The notes under the pieces are model-generated. The model saw only the letters and a program-made list of their open reading frames with translations. It made no database searches and was not told the DNA's origin. The position numbers and the translations under genes were made by a program. DNA of 63,999 nt, the filler included, from Circinaria calcarea (taxonomy: Eukaryota): NCBI GenBank assembly GCA_051942165.1. It is 18 parts of 18 records of this genome, joined end to end, with 100 filler letters (N's around TTAATTAATTAA, not from the genome) between each part and the next. Parts side by side here need not be neighbours in the genome. Positions count along the whole stretch, not along the records: positions 50,104 to 53,568 come from JAVECS010002811.1; positions 53,669 to 57,133 come from JAVECS010002812.1; positions 57,234 to 60,697 come from JAVECS010002813.1; positions 60,798 to 63,999 come from JAVECS010002973.1; 14 more parts are not named here. One strand, 5' to 3'. Position 1 is the first letter of the stretch. Each line of letters opens with the position of its first letter. This document shows positions 51,721-63,663 of this stretch, piece by piece.

Positions 51721-52597
51721 ACATGGTATTGGAGATGGGATTGGCGCTATCAAACTGTGGTCATATGAAGAGTCGTTCTTACACCATTGAAGTTTTGGCA
51801 ATGGGATTCCCAAGATACGTCCAATGGCAACAGTAGGAGATTGGAACACAGATAGTTCGGCGCTCTCGGGATGAATCAAGTGAGGATTCGTCGTTTCTCC
51901 CATTTCTATGCTTTTTTACCGTCTGCGTGCCTCGTAATATGATTCTCCAGACTTGCTCTGCAAAGGAAATTTCCCCTCCTTGGTTGCCCCTTGAACATTC
52001 CCCCACGGCTCAAAACCATCACTCTGTCCATCCCGCTCCCAACCTCTTTCCATTCATGGAGGAACTCAGAGTGACTCAGTCACTATGCCGGTACTGCAGT
52101 TGTAGCTGCCAGCTTAGGCACTGCAACGGGGACACACTGATCTTCGCGTTGTCCAGAGTTTCTTGACCATCTGTGCGGAAGGGTTACACTCCTCCGGGTC
52201 GTCCGCCTCAGTGCACAGTGGTTCTGATCGACATATCTTCAAGTCCCCGACGTGGGAGTAGGACATCGATATCGGGGTAATGATCCAAGATAGCATCTTC
52301 AAAGCTACACTCGATTAAACCAGAGATTCAAGTCCATGGCAATCTCTCAAGAACCGATATCCCGCTCGCCTTCGAAGCCTTTGCTCTGAATTGCACTCAA
52401 GACTTGCCCGGTACGGTTGGAAACGCGCCCAGGGTCGACTGGATTGAAACAATGGTAAAAACGGCTCTTGTAGATGATTCTCTTGGTCCCTCCCCCCGTG
52501 CCGAAGGTTGCAGATACGGTTTGAAAACTATATTTTTACTTTTGCTCGGATTTGACCTGTCGTTCCTCGTTTCAGGGCACTGTACAAGATTGAAAGC

Positions 52598-53550
52598 ATG
52601 GTATCAGATAACCCAATGCAAGGAATGTCGCAATATAGTCTAGCAGCTATGCGCTCCGGAGAGATTATCTGGCGTCTTCACGGTCCGTTATTCAGTGCTC
52701 TATTAGAATATCTTTGTACCCCTGCCTCGCTGAGACTCCTTATCAGCCTGAACCTTCAATCATATCTTTGGAAGGACTCTCTTGGTTATCTGATTCAACC
52801 CCATATACCTAAACCTGACGTGGAGGCGCGGATCGCAGACATTGGCACTGGCGCTGGGTTCGTAGATGTCGCCTCATGCTTTCATTGTGCCCCTGCCGGC
52901 CTTCTCTCAGACCGGAAAAGTCCCAACCGCTCTAACAAATCTGCAGAACATGGTTGATCCAACTCGCGGGAGGTCTTCGACTCACCCAACATCCAGCTCG
53001 ATGGCTTGGATATTGATCTCTCCTAATGTCCGCCGCAGTTGTGGATGCCGCCAGATCTAAGGCTCTACCACTGGGATGCCCTTGAGGAAGGTTCCCGAGG
53101 AATTCCTCAGGGCAACATGGTATTTGTGCGTATCAGACTATTTATGATCAACGTAAAGGCGAATGAAAGGTGTGACCGCCATCATCAGGAACGTCAATAG
53201 GATGCTGAGTCGAGTAGCCGAGTCATTATGGCCGTGCTTGGTTTGACTAGATAACTTAAGACATTGATCCCCTTTAGATGCCCAACGGTTGGCCTCAATG
53301 GGAAGAGGTCAATGATACCGACAATCACGTTGGAACGATTGATCCCTCCCCTCGGACCCCGGCGATGGAGGGAGGGTCTTTTACATTACGTACAATGAGG
53401 GGTCTAAAGTTCAGCGAAGCAATAGCGAGTAAGCTTTAGGTACCCCCAAAAAAGAGAAGTCTCTGCTAACATCGGGTATCAACAGCTGTTTACCCAGTGT
53501 TCAATCCATTCTTGGAAAGAGCGGGCTTGAAGACGTCGTGATGAAAAGTC
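52598..53550 (+). pseudogene. SAM-dependent methyltransferase pseudogene
   Basis: RIADIGTGAG motif I, QLDGLDIDLS*CPPQLWMP (TAA 53024-53026), further apparent frameshifts. Confidence 0.7.
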
Positions 53551-53668
53551 ATGCGGAAACCCCCCCCCNNNNNNNNNNNNNNNNNNNNNNNNNNNNNNNN
53601 NNNNNNNNNNNNTTAATTAATTAANNNNNNNNNNNNNNNNNNNNNNNNNNNNNNNNNNNNNNNNNNNN

Positions 53669-54009
53669 CCCAACTAACACCTCCAAAGCCAAGACCTCTC
53701 CCCCGACGCCCCCATCTCCTGTGGAATCTACCGCCTCGAAGCCGGCACGCCCCTCGAGTACACCTACACCTACCACGAGATGAAAATCATCCTGGACGGC
53801 GAGTTTGACATTTCGGACGAGACGGGGCAGAAGGTACACGCGACCAAAGGGGATGTGTTTTATTTCCCCAAGGGGGCTAAGATCAAGTTTGAGACGAAAA
53901 CGTTTGGGTTGGGCTTTTATACTGGGCAGGTAAGTCTTACCGTGGCGGAGATGGAAAGTAGGATATCAGCTGACTTGTGGGATGATAGAGAAAGGAAGGC
54001 GGTGCGTGA
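53669..54009 (+). CDS. EutQ-like cupin, C-terminal part
   Basis: CGIYRLEAGTPLEYTYTYHEMKIILDG...GDVFYFPKG; last exon RKEGGA*. Confidence 0.85.
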
Positions 54010-57000
54010 GTCCCAAAGTGGGAAATGGTTATTTGATGAATGATGAACGGTCTACGTTATACCAAGATCTATGGTCACAGATGGTTAGGCCATAGTTTCA
54101 CTACATATCTAAACCGAATCAATAATCAAATCAATCTCAATATGTCAATATTCTGCTGGAATGTGATGGTGGGACACACTGGTTTCATGCAGAAATTCTT
54201 GAGAATCAGTGCATTCTACGCAGAGCATTCTACGCAGAGCATTCCCGCAGGGTTCTTTGAAGCCTTTATTCATTTCGTTTGCTACTCCGCATCAAATTGG
54301 GCAAGCAACAGGGTCATGACTATCATAACCAAGGCCATAAGCCCATAGTAATATCGATAGCTTCATCTCATTCCACTTTCCCTTTTTCCAAATGCTCAGG
54401 CACAACGTGACCAGAAGCATTTCATCATATTCCTTCCGTCAAAACCGTCAGCCATTCCGTCTCGTTCCTTCTTGTCCACTCAGCCTGTTATAATGGCATC
54501 TGGTATCGCTACAGGAAGCCGCGAAGCAAACTACGTATAAAAACGCTCAACGCCACCAATATCAAACCATTGCATTTCGCCTACCCCGCTTTCAGCATCC
54601 GAAGCTCCCCCCGACCTGGGGCTTATGCAAAGAAAACTAAACATCCCTCGAATCAATCATCCCCCCCTTTTTCCCCCCCCCTGGGGTCTTGATACTGTAT
54701 TCCGCACATCTCAGTTTCGAAGACAGAAAAGACCAGAATCCTCCAGCCTTTTCCCAATCAATCCCCCGTGCCGTGCAGCGCCCGTGCCCGTTTTTTGCCA
54801 TGGGGTGTTTTTGGGGAAAAATCCAGATTCACGGCATTTGTAACGACGAAAGCAGAGATAATAGGAAAGAGGAAAAGCTAGGGGGTATGATTGATGTATG
54901 TCCCTTTCCAATGGGGAATTTTTTTCCGGTCTCTTTCGGGGAGGTTTTGATGGTGGGGACACGTGTGGGAAAGTGGGAAATGGATCCTCGGCCCCTTTAT
55001 TTTTTTGGGGGGGTTTCTTCGAAAGAACAACGCTCAAGGGATTTTTTTTCTTTTTTTCTTCTCTCCCGGCCTGGATACCATACGGAGATCAACGAGGGAA
55101 TGGGGTTCTTCTCGTGGTGAGGTAGGTGTGTTGGTTTAGCTGTTACCGGTGCTCAGCAGCTAATCGACAAGATGCGGGATTCCATGGCTCGAGAATCGAG
55201 TGGCTTTAACCCCCCTCTGGTTGAGAGTATTCGAGGATAAGGTAGAGTGGTTTGTCTCCCTCCTGAGCAAGATCTAGCTAGGAGGAACTACACCGAATCT
55301 TGACAATCTCCGGCTTTTTTGGCTGTGATTTATCGGTTTTTTCTTTACGGCGGGTAGGGGGGAATGTTCTTGCGTTTGCATGATTTCTGCTCTTTAGACT
55401 TGGGGAGTGGGGCAGTCTGTGCTCAGTATCTAGAGGTCGATGGGCTCTGGTAGCGCTTTCTCTTCTTTTTTCTTCTCTTCTCTTTTCCTCTCTTTTCCTC
55501 TCTTCTCTCTGCCTCGTACTTCGTTTCTCTGTCTCCGTTTCTAACTAACTACAACCACGCCGGTCATACTCCTGAGCGACATCAACGTCCTGTTCGCGGT
55601 GGAGCAGATGACCATGTTTACCAACTCGTTGACTCGTCTCAGGATGCATTACACCTATCTGAACATTTGCACATCATTTACCCCTTCGGCTTCCCCAACC
55701 CCAGCTGCTCCCCTTACCCCTTTTCCCTTTTTATTTTTCTTTCTTTCCCCCCCTCTCAAGCTCCAGGATATAGTTTTCTGACACCTGGATGTTGTGCTTG
55801 CGTCGTTTTGGGGGCTTCAGATAAAGGTTCCAGTGGGGCTTTTCTGTCTGTGTATCGCGTGTTGGTTTGACGGACTCGGTACGCCCTCCCCAGGAGACGG
55901 ATGGGAAGACAAGGGAGTGGAGAAGAGGTGAGAGACCAGAGGAAGGGGAGAGGGTAAGGAAGAAGTGCCGGAAGGGGTTAAAGGCCGGAATAAACCCCGG
56001 AACGGCCTTCAGATCTAACACATTCGACACCGGTCTATTCTCGCCGGAAATAGCCACCTTTTTCAGATCCAGAAGCCTTTTTTTTCCATCCAGCCCAACC
56101 GATAAACTACTACTTCCTCTACTACTCCTACCTCAACTCCCGAAAGATATCAGCCAGCGGGTTTTACCGCGGGTCGTACAATCCCTGGTTTTTGGGTACT
56201 TTATCCTATCCATCGGCCTGATTCACGGTTTCCGGGCTTTCGGGTGCAGGAAGCAAGCACAGATATCGTACTTTTCTTTTAGATAATCTGTGGGAAATCG
56301 CCCCGGTGCCGCCTATGTTATTTTCATTATGGATAGTGGTACAATAAGGTAGAGAAGGAGAGGGCCGAATTTCGAAATCCCGCAAGCTCTAGGTGAAAAT
56401 ACTTACTGGTACCGGTCACGTGTGTTGCCTAAGCTTTGAAAAAATGGGGATTTGAAACTATCAGTTTTACTACCATATATATAAACTTCCGGCCATATTT
56501 ACCAAACAGTCATGGACCCTTGCAGCTTTCCCCATTTGCCTATATTAATACGGAGATATCTCATCAACTTAAAAAAAAGAGGCGTCCCAGAAATCCCCCG
56601 ATAATGCTTCTGCACGGAATAATGCTGATTCTCAGAGGCCTGAGCTTTTCTTTTCTGCATGAATCCAGCCAACACCCTTTTCACTAGATTTCCTCTAGCT
56701 TTTCCGAACTTAGAAGAAATAGGCCCCAGCCGTGCTCCGAAGTTTCCAAACCGAGGGAAGATCTCTCTACCACTACCCATCGGCCTTTTCATTTCCTACT
56801 TCCCCCTCGCCTCATCCCGAAATTTCATGGTTCTGTTTATTCCCCTTCTATCTCTACAGGATTTTTGCCACCGGTAAAATTGGGGGTTTTCATGCTTTGA
56901 AAATCTCAGAGCTAAATCTAAAGGGGGAAAATATCAGAAAAACCCCCCCTTTTTCAAATAAGGGAAAGGATTAAAGGAAAAAAGATCCAGATACGTATTT

Positions 57001-57233
57001 GGCATTAACACTGATATCTAGCAAAAAAAAAACCGGGGAATATATATACCCATCTCCTCCCCCCCTCCCTTTTCCTATGAGAAGTCAAAAAGCGCTTACC
57101 TACCCACCTCACGTATTACCTACCTACCAGATANNNNNNNNNNNNNNNNNNNNNNNNNNNNNNNNNNNNNNNNNNNNTTAATTAATTAANNNNNNNNNNN
57201 NNNNNNNNNNNNNNNNNNNNNNNNNNNNNNNNN

Positions 57234-57464
57234 GACGCCACCTTAGTGATGCCGAGATCGAACGCTTTGCGCGCGAGGACCCCAAGGTCAGAGGGCATTT
57301 GGATGTGATCCGGAGGAAGGAGATGCTGGAGCTGGTGTTGGAGAAGATGGAGAGTTTGAGGGTACTGGAGGGAAAGGAGAAGAGGAGGGAGATGGGGCTG
57401 CAGCAAGCTGCGGGAGCGGCGAAGGACAGGGGGAAGGGGTGGAGGTTGTTTTAGGGTGAAATGA
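57234..57464 (+). CDS. MGM1: Mitochondrial dynamin-like GTPase Mgm1, C-terminal fragment
   Basis: EIERFAREDPKVRGHLDVIRRKEMLELVLEKMESL. Confidence 0.82.
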
Positions 57465-58629
57465 TATCATGTACGTGGTGAGGCGTTTCTGTAGCATTTC
57501 TTCGGCGTAGGTTGCACAACCTCATTGGTGTGGGGAAGATGGATTTGATACAGTATATCCCCTTGAGCGAGTTTGGGAGGCACATCTCCTCCGTATTGAG
57601 AATACATGGAATAATTCTTCAACTCACATGTTCTTTCTAAATTGCATCCTGATGCACTTACATGTTGTGAATCGAAGTTTCAGCCGGCTGTCAAACTCAT
57701 TGATTCATCAGCAACACCCAAGCCGTGCACTGCATCCGGATTATGTTACATGCCAGATACGCTCTATGGTGAGTACCACAGTCGCTCTGTGGGAAATCCC
57801 GGACACGCGGCAGGTTATAGAAAAGGTGAGGCCCTACGTTGTGGAGAGTTTCTGGGGGGATTCTGGGTTCGTCCTTCGGGGATCCCGGGAAGGGTGGGGT
57901 TGTACTTCGAGTAAGTAGCAGCTATCGAGTACCCTTGGGGAACGCGGTGGATGTCTTGGGGGAGCAGCTACGAGATACGGCCCTTCGGCGGTTTGAGTTG
58001 ACAGCCACATATACATATACTGGTGAGCAAGCATATTAGTCGTTAGTACGATCTGCCAATACGGGGATTTAATTGGTCGCTGTACTCAAAATATACCCTG
58101 TTTTGCCAAGCTTACTAACGACTAATATGCTTGTAGACCAGTACTTGGGGTAATTTTGACCAGGCAGAAAGGCCCAACCGGTTGCCCTCGTACTCATGCA
58201 TACCTGGATATGTTTGTGTAAATATCAATCTTGTTAATAAAAAGCCATTGACGGGCTGGTAGAGATGAAGGCCTTGTACAGCTTGCGATTGGCCAGAATT
58301 CTCTAAAAGCATATATGTAGCTGTTGACTCGACCGCCGAAAGGGATATAAAGGGCGTGTCGCCTTGATTTACCCTGCTATGTGATCACTTTCTTGGGTGC
58401 GACTCCGAAGTAGGATGTAGGTTTTCCTGTTCGCCAAGCCATAGCATCCTTGTGAAAACGGTGATGAATGGGTATACATCCGAAGGTTTATATAAGGCCT
58501 CGCTTCCTTCGAATTTCGTTCGGCTAACCTCCTTCCGCCAACTGCCTTCACGCTTCTGTCAGCCCTATCAGTTCGAAAACCAAAACCGGAAAACCCAAAG
58601 AGAAAAAAAAAAAAAAGAAAAAAAAAAAA

Positions 58630-58893
58630 GAACCCGAAGGTTAGCCAGGGTTGAACAGATCTTAACGCTTTGGACGACATCACCCATGGAAACAAGAAAT
58701 AGGGCTTCTTCGAACATCGGCAACCTTTTCACCCTCGCTCTCGACCCCGGTTGCTCACTCCGCTAACCAGAGGCCACAGAGGTAATTAGAAATTAGCGGA
58801 GTGCACATACAACGACCCGGGTAAGCCGACAACTTGGGTTAGTGGGGCATTCTAGATCGATGCATCGCGCAGCCATTGCACCATTCCCCCACT
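58630..58893 (-). ncRNA. Candidate Pol III-type structured ncRNA, family unassigned
   Basis: A-box TGGTGCAATGG, B-box-like GTTCGAAGA, several stems, terminal C(UUCG)G hairpin followed by a long T-run. Confidence 0.55.
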
Positions 58894-59315
58894 GGTGAAA
58901 TAAAAGGTTCTTGTAACAAATATAAACTATAAAACTTTGAAAATTAGAACTTGGGCGAAATAGGTGCGCAGCTTCGCTAGGGAAGATCAACAGCAATCAA
59001 TTTCAATACTATTTGCTGAATTTTATTTTATCCTTCACATCGAGCAGGCATGACTTGGATCAGCCAGCCTGCGAGGTGAAACGAGTAGATAGGACGACGA
59101 GCTAACAAAATGAATTTATTCCAGCGTTAGATTTCTTGAGCACAGCGGCTGCATAAATGAAATGGCCGCAACGTCTCCACAGCCAGGGCCAATCTACAAA
59201 ACACAAACGTTCTATTACAGTGAGGGTTGTACAAAGAACCCATGCAGTCTGAAAACGACACGCATGAGAGTCTAAATGAGATTTTCTTACACTCCACAGC
59301 TACTACCATCTTACA

Positions 59316-59815
59316 CTACATCTCCACACTCTCAGACCTTTTCCACTGCACCTTCCCTTCTATGTCCTTGATCGCGTCTAATGTGGACCCCATTTTCACC
59401 ACCCCAAATTTGATCATCCTAGGATCCAACCCCAACTTCTTCCTGATCACTTCTTGCGTCGGAGACGAGCAGTCAAATCGCATTACGAAGTGATGACCTT
59501 CTGATTGTCGGGCTTGATGCTTGCGTACGGGCTTAGTGAGAAGGAAGGTACCCCAATTTGTAATTCCGCGGACGACACCGCCGGAGGAGAGGATAAGGGC
59601 GCCGGTGGTGCGAGCGATCCTATCCAATCACCTTGTCAACCAAAATGCAGAGAAGGCGTAGGTTTCTCGAAGATGGAGGAGGAAACCAAGATGCGGAGAG
59701 TCTAGGACATACTCTTTTACCTCAGCAACATTGCCCGGTCGCACCTGAAGGCTGTTAGAAACGCTTGAACCGAAATGCTTACAATACCTACCACGGCAAT
59801 CAACTCGTACAGCAT
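59316..59815 (-). CDS. MRP17: Mitochondrial ribosomal protein bS6m
   Basis: MLYELIAV/VRPG...GGVVRGITNWG...HFVMRFD...LGLDPRMIKF; two introns. Confidence 0.9.
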
Positions 59816-60031
59816 CTCGTTCTGATCAGGGTCGTAAGATCATCATGGTTTTGAATAGTGCAGTGAAGGGCAAAGATCGTAGGTTTTCGGACATAAATCG
59901 TGTCGGCTATTTTAACGCCAACCGCCGACATTTACAAGCCTTACTCGCGCCTGGCGTCAGTGGCTGCGTTTGCAAGCTACGACATCAAGTTTCAAGCTTG
60001 GCTGCTCATCACTAGAAGTTTAAATTCGACG

Positions 60032-60690
60032 ATGGCAGCCATTGCGCGAACACGAGTAGCATTGAGCGCCTCACCACTATCACAAACTACTCCCTGCTCT
60101 ATGCGATTACATAAACTCCACCAAAATCCCACCTTTAGAGTTACCAGACAAGTCCCGCGAGCGTCACGGAGGACGTTTGCAAGCTCCGCATCCTGTACGC
60201 ACTGAGTTACATTCCGACCTTGCTTTATAGTAGCAATGAGCTGAAACCTCTGGGGGTTATAGCGCAAGAAAAACGTTACACACAAGCCCACGAATGGATC
60301 GAACTTTCCCCCGACGGGAAAACCGGTATAACTCCCCTCATTCCCCATTGAAGCCCCCTTCTAACATTCGTATCCTCAGGCACGATAGGCATCTCCAACT
60401 ACGCCGCAAAAGCCCTCGGTGACGTTGTCTACGTTGAACTCCCCACCATCGAACTTGAAGTCAACGCCGGTGACGCCATCGGTGCCGTCGAGTCAGTAAA
60501 GTCAGCATCGGATATATATTCCCCGGTTGCTGGTATGATCATAGAGACAAATAGCGAGTTAGAGGCAAAACCGGGAACTATAAACAATGGGGCGGAGGCT
60601 GAGGGATGGATAGCTAGGGTGGAGATCAAGGATGGGAAGGAGGTGGAGAAATTAATGGGTGCGGAAGAGTATGGGAAGTTTACGGAGTAA
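60032..60690 (+). CDS. GCV3: Glycine cleavage system H protein
   Basis: Arg-rich presequence, YTQAHEWI, LGDVVYVELP, lipoyl site VESVKSASDIYSP. Confidence 0.95.
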
Positions 60691-60797
60691 TGCAATTNNN
60701 NNNNNNNNNNNNNNNNNNNNNNNNNNNNNNNNNNNNNNNNNTTAATTAATTAANNNNNNNNNNNNNNNNNNNNNNNNNNNNNNNNNNNNNNNNNNNN

Positions 60798-61056
60798 TAC
60801 TCAGAGGTTGGTTTGCGGATCACCTGGCGCATCCTTATCCGACTGAGGAGGAGAAGCAGATGCTCATGGTCCAGACGGGACTGGCGATGAGCCAAGTAAG
60901 CCACACTGACCTGTTCCTTGAACTGATGGAGACTGACTCGTGTGGGCAAAGATCAGTAATTGGTTCATCAATGCGCGCCGCCGTAGTTTACCTGGAATCA
61001 CGAAGCAAGCCCAGGCAGAAGCAGATCTCCGGGAAAAACAGGGCGGACCTCCATAA
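60798..61056 (+). CDS. TALE-class homeodomain transcription factor, C-terminal fragment
   Basis: WFADHLAHPYPTEEEKQML...Q/ISNWFINARRR. Confidence 0.9.
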
Positions 61057-63663
61057 GGCACCAAGGCACACCTCGGTTGAAACATTTCACATTATAGTTT
61101 ACATAATAATTCACATCCAGACGACCTTTTTCGACTACCTTTTTCCATTGGAACGCTACGAAGTGACACAGGATTCATGGCGCCATGGTCTCCCTCTTTT
61201 CTGATAGAATTAGCAATATTGGGCGGGGCATAACCCCCCGTGCATGCGCTCTGGAATTTCGGTTATCGAACCATGATTGGAGATCTAACACCCAGTCCTG
61301 GTTTGGCCAAGCTCACAAGCTACGATCAAAGCAAGCATACTTTTCTCTGCAACGGCGACGGCATCTTTATTGTCAATCACATCCACGAGCACCGGGGTCG
61401 AAATTCTCCTTCTCGGGGCTTTCAGTGGAGCACTGTGGTACAGAAGGAGGAGCACAGCAAAGAGGTCCGGTCCATTCTAGGCCGACCGAGGTGCCCAAGG
61501 GGACTCCGAGATGTACTCATACCCGTGAGTATGGGATTGCAAATTATTGGCCCATGACCAGACGACTCTCTTACTCGGCAGTGATACCTAGTCCATCAGC
61601 ATCCGGTCATATCCGGTAACCCACTGCGACCCACTTCGAGATGCATCATCGGGCAGCGTTCTGGCCGGTTCAAGTTAAGATCTTTGGCAACCGAACATGA
61701 CTAGGGATTTATCCTAGCACTGCCAATGTGTGGGGTTTGATGAGCCTTTGACGCTACGGAGGAACCAAAAGATCAGGCGTGTGTTTTGTCGGGAATGCTG
61801 CGGCCGGAAGCTCCTGCAAGACGCGCATCCTCGATTCATAGGTCGGTGGGTTGGTGGGTGCGTAGGTGTCGGTGTCGATGCCATGATTACGTGCTGGGTG
61901 CCGAACGGTCGACTCCCTTGGGTACCGGTACTGTGGTGTTGGGAAGCCGATCCGCTGGGATTCGAGGTGGGGCGATGTGTTGCCGCCCGGGGCTTTAGAA
62001 TTTCTGTCGTTCTGGAAGAGCTTCGATCGAAGGCGGGATGGTGGCTTCAAATCCCCCTAGCTTAGCCAGCCATCACGGTCCTCGTTTCTGCGCTCGACAT
62101 CTGAGTGGTTGCCCGAATTTCAAATAAACGGATCCTCAATTGAAGTGTACCAAATGATGAGCAGTGGATGACTTTGAACCTCCGAGATGGCGAATCTCCG
62201 TGTTTGGGAACGTCAAGGCTCGTTCCTGGTAGGTATCTGGGCGCCATGGCCCATGATTCACATGAGTCGTTGATGCAATCTTTCTGTGCGCGCGAATAAG
62301 AGAATATTTTCTCCCCATTGCCTTTTTCCTACTTAGGGCTCGGCTTTGCATTCGAGATGCATAGGATGGAGTATCTTTTGCTACCGATTCGCATCTTTTT
62401 GTACGACGCACAGAGAAGAATTGCTATTTCCGGTAACAGAGTTAGAGTAGAGTAGAGTAGAGTATGGTATGACCAAACGCCGATATGTACAAAAAGACTT
62501 TTTGGGGGGCAAGGTTCAAGGGGGGGAGAAAAGCTAAAATGTGGGGCCCTTACAACCCCCACTCCCCACTCCCCTACTCCCCACTCCCCGGTCCTGCCGA
62601 ATGTCCGGATCTCCATTGCATTTTCCGGGCTGCTCGCGTCATGTACATGTACATGTACAATGCAAGCATTATGCAAGGATTGGGGGGGTTGGGGAGAGGG
62701 GGAATGATGGAAGTAGCTTAAATGTTGTACGGGAGCACTGTGGGTCGGCATGGGAAATAAAATTAAATCATATGGTACCATACTCTGTAGCTCGGCTGCG
62801 CTAGTATGGTATGGGTAGTAGATGGAAGTGCCTAATTACTATATAATACAATTAAACGGTTTAGAACTCTGGAGTCTGGGAAAAAGGGGCGCTTTTTGGT
62901 TATTTTACACTGTTCTTGTAGTGGTTTTTGTTTTTTCGTATGGGCATGGCATGGCATGGCTACTTGCAATTAAATTAGAATATGGGAAATGGGGAAAAGG
63001 GGAAATGGGGATATGGGAGTTTTTAAAAAAATAAACTTGGAGAGAAAATAAATTCAATTTGGTTAGTCTGGGGTATGGTGGGGGTTTAATGGTAATGAAT
63101 TTTATGGTAGCGTAGCGGGCCGAGAGCTATTATATGGGTGGGATTTTATGGTATTTTCTTATGGTATGTGGTTGTAGTAAGTAAAAGAAGAAGAAGAAAA
63201 GGTTTTTTCCTGGCCTGTACCATAAGGGTACCCTGGGAGGAGTTTGGGGAAAGTTTCTGCCTTTTGCCTTTGCCTAATTCTCCTCCTCCACAATAGTAGA
63301 GTAAGAGTAGAAGTACCCCCCCAAAGACTAACTAATTAACTTAACTCCAAGAGTACGTACAGTACAACTTTTAGGTACCCGTAGGACGTAGGGGATCTGA
63401 TCCCCTATTCAAAAGACCGGGGGGTCGGGGGTCGGGGAAGGGAGAGACTATGGTATGGTAGTTAGTCTTCTCGATTCCGATTCCGATTCCCCGAATGGTG
63501 GGCATGTACATGCGGAAGGCGAAGGCGAGCAATGGTCACGTGAACGTGAACGTGAACTTGACGGTCGAGCCCGAAAAGGAAAATGGGAGCTCGCGGACTA
63601 ATAGACTAACGGATTGAGTACTGGGTCTATTATGAAACTATTAAATAATTACTTACTACGAAG

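Noticed and set aside
57430..57464. Programmed frameshift at the MGM1 C-terminus (GWRLF* in an alternative frame)
   Set aside because: It sits at a G homopolymer and is more simply a sequencing indel.
61100..62330. Ribozyme or ncRNA downstream of the homeobox gene
   Set aside because: No complete hammerhead, HDV or snoRNA motif; consistent with long 3' UTR or intergenic DNA.
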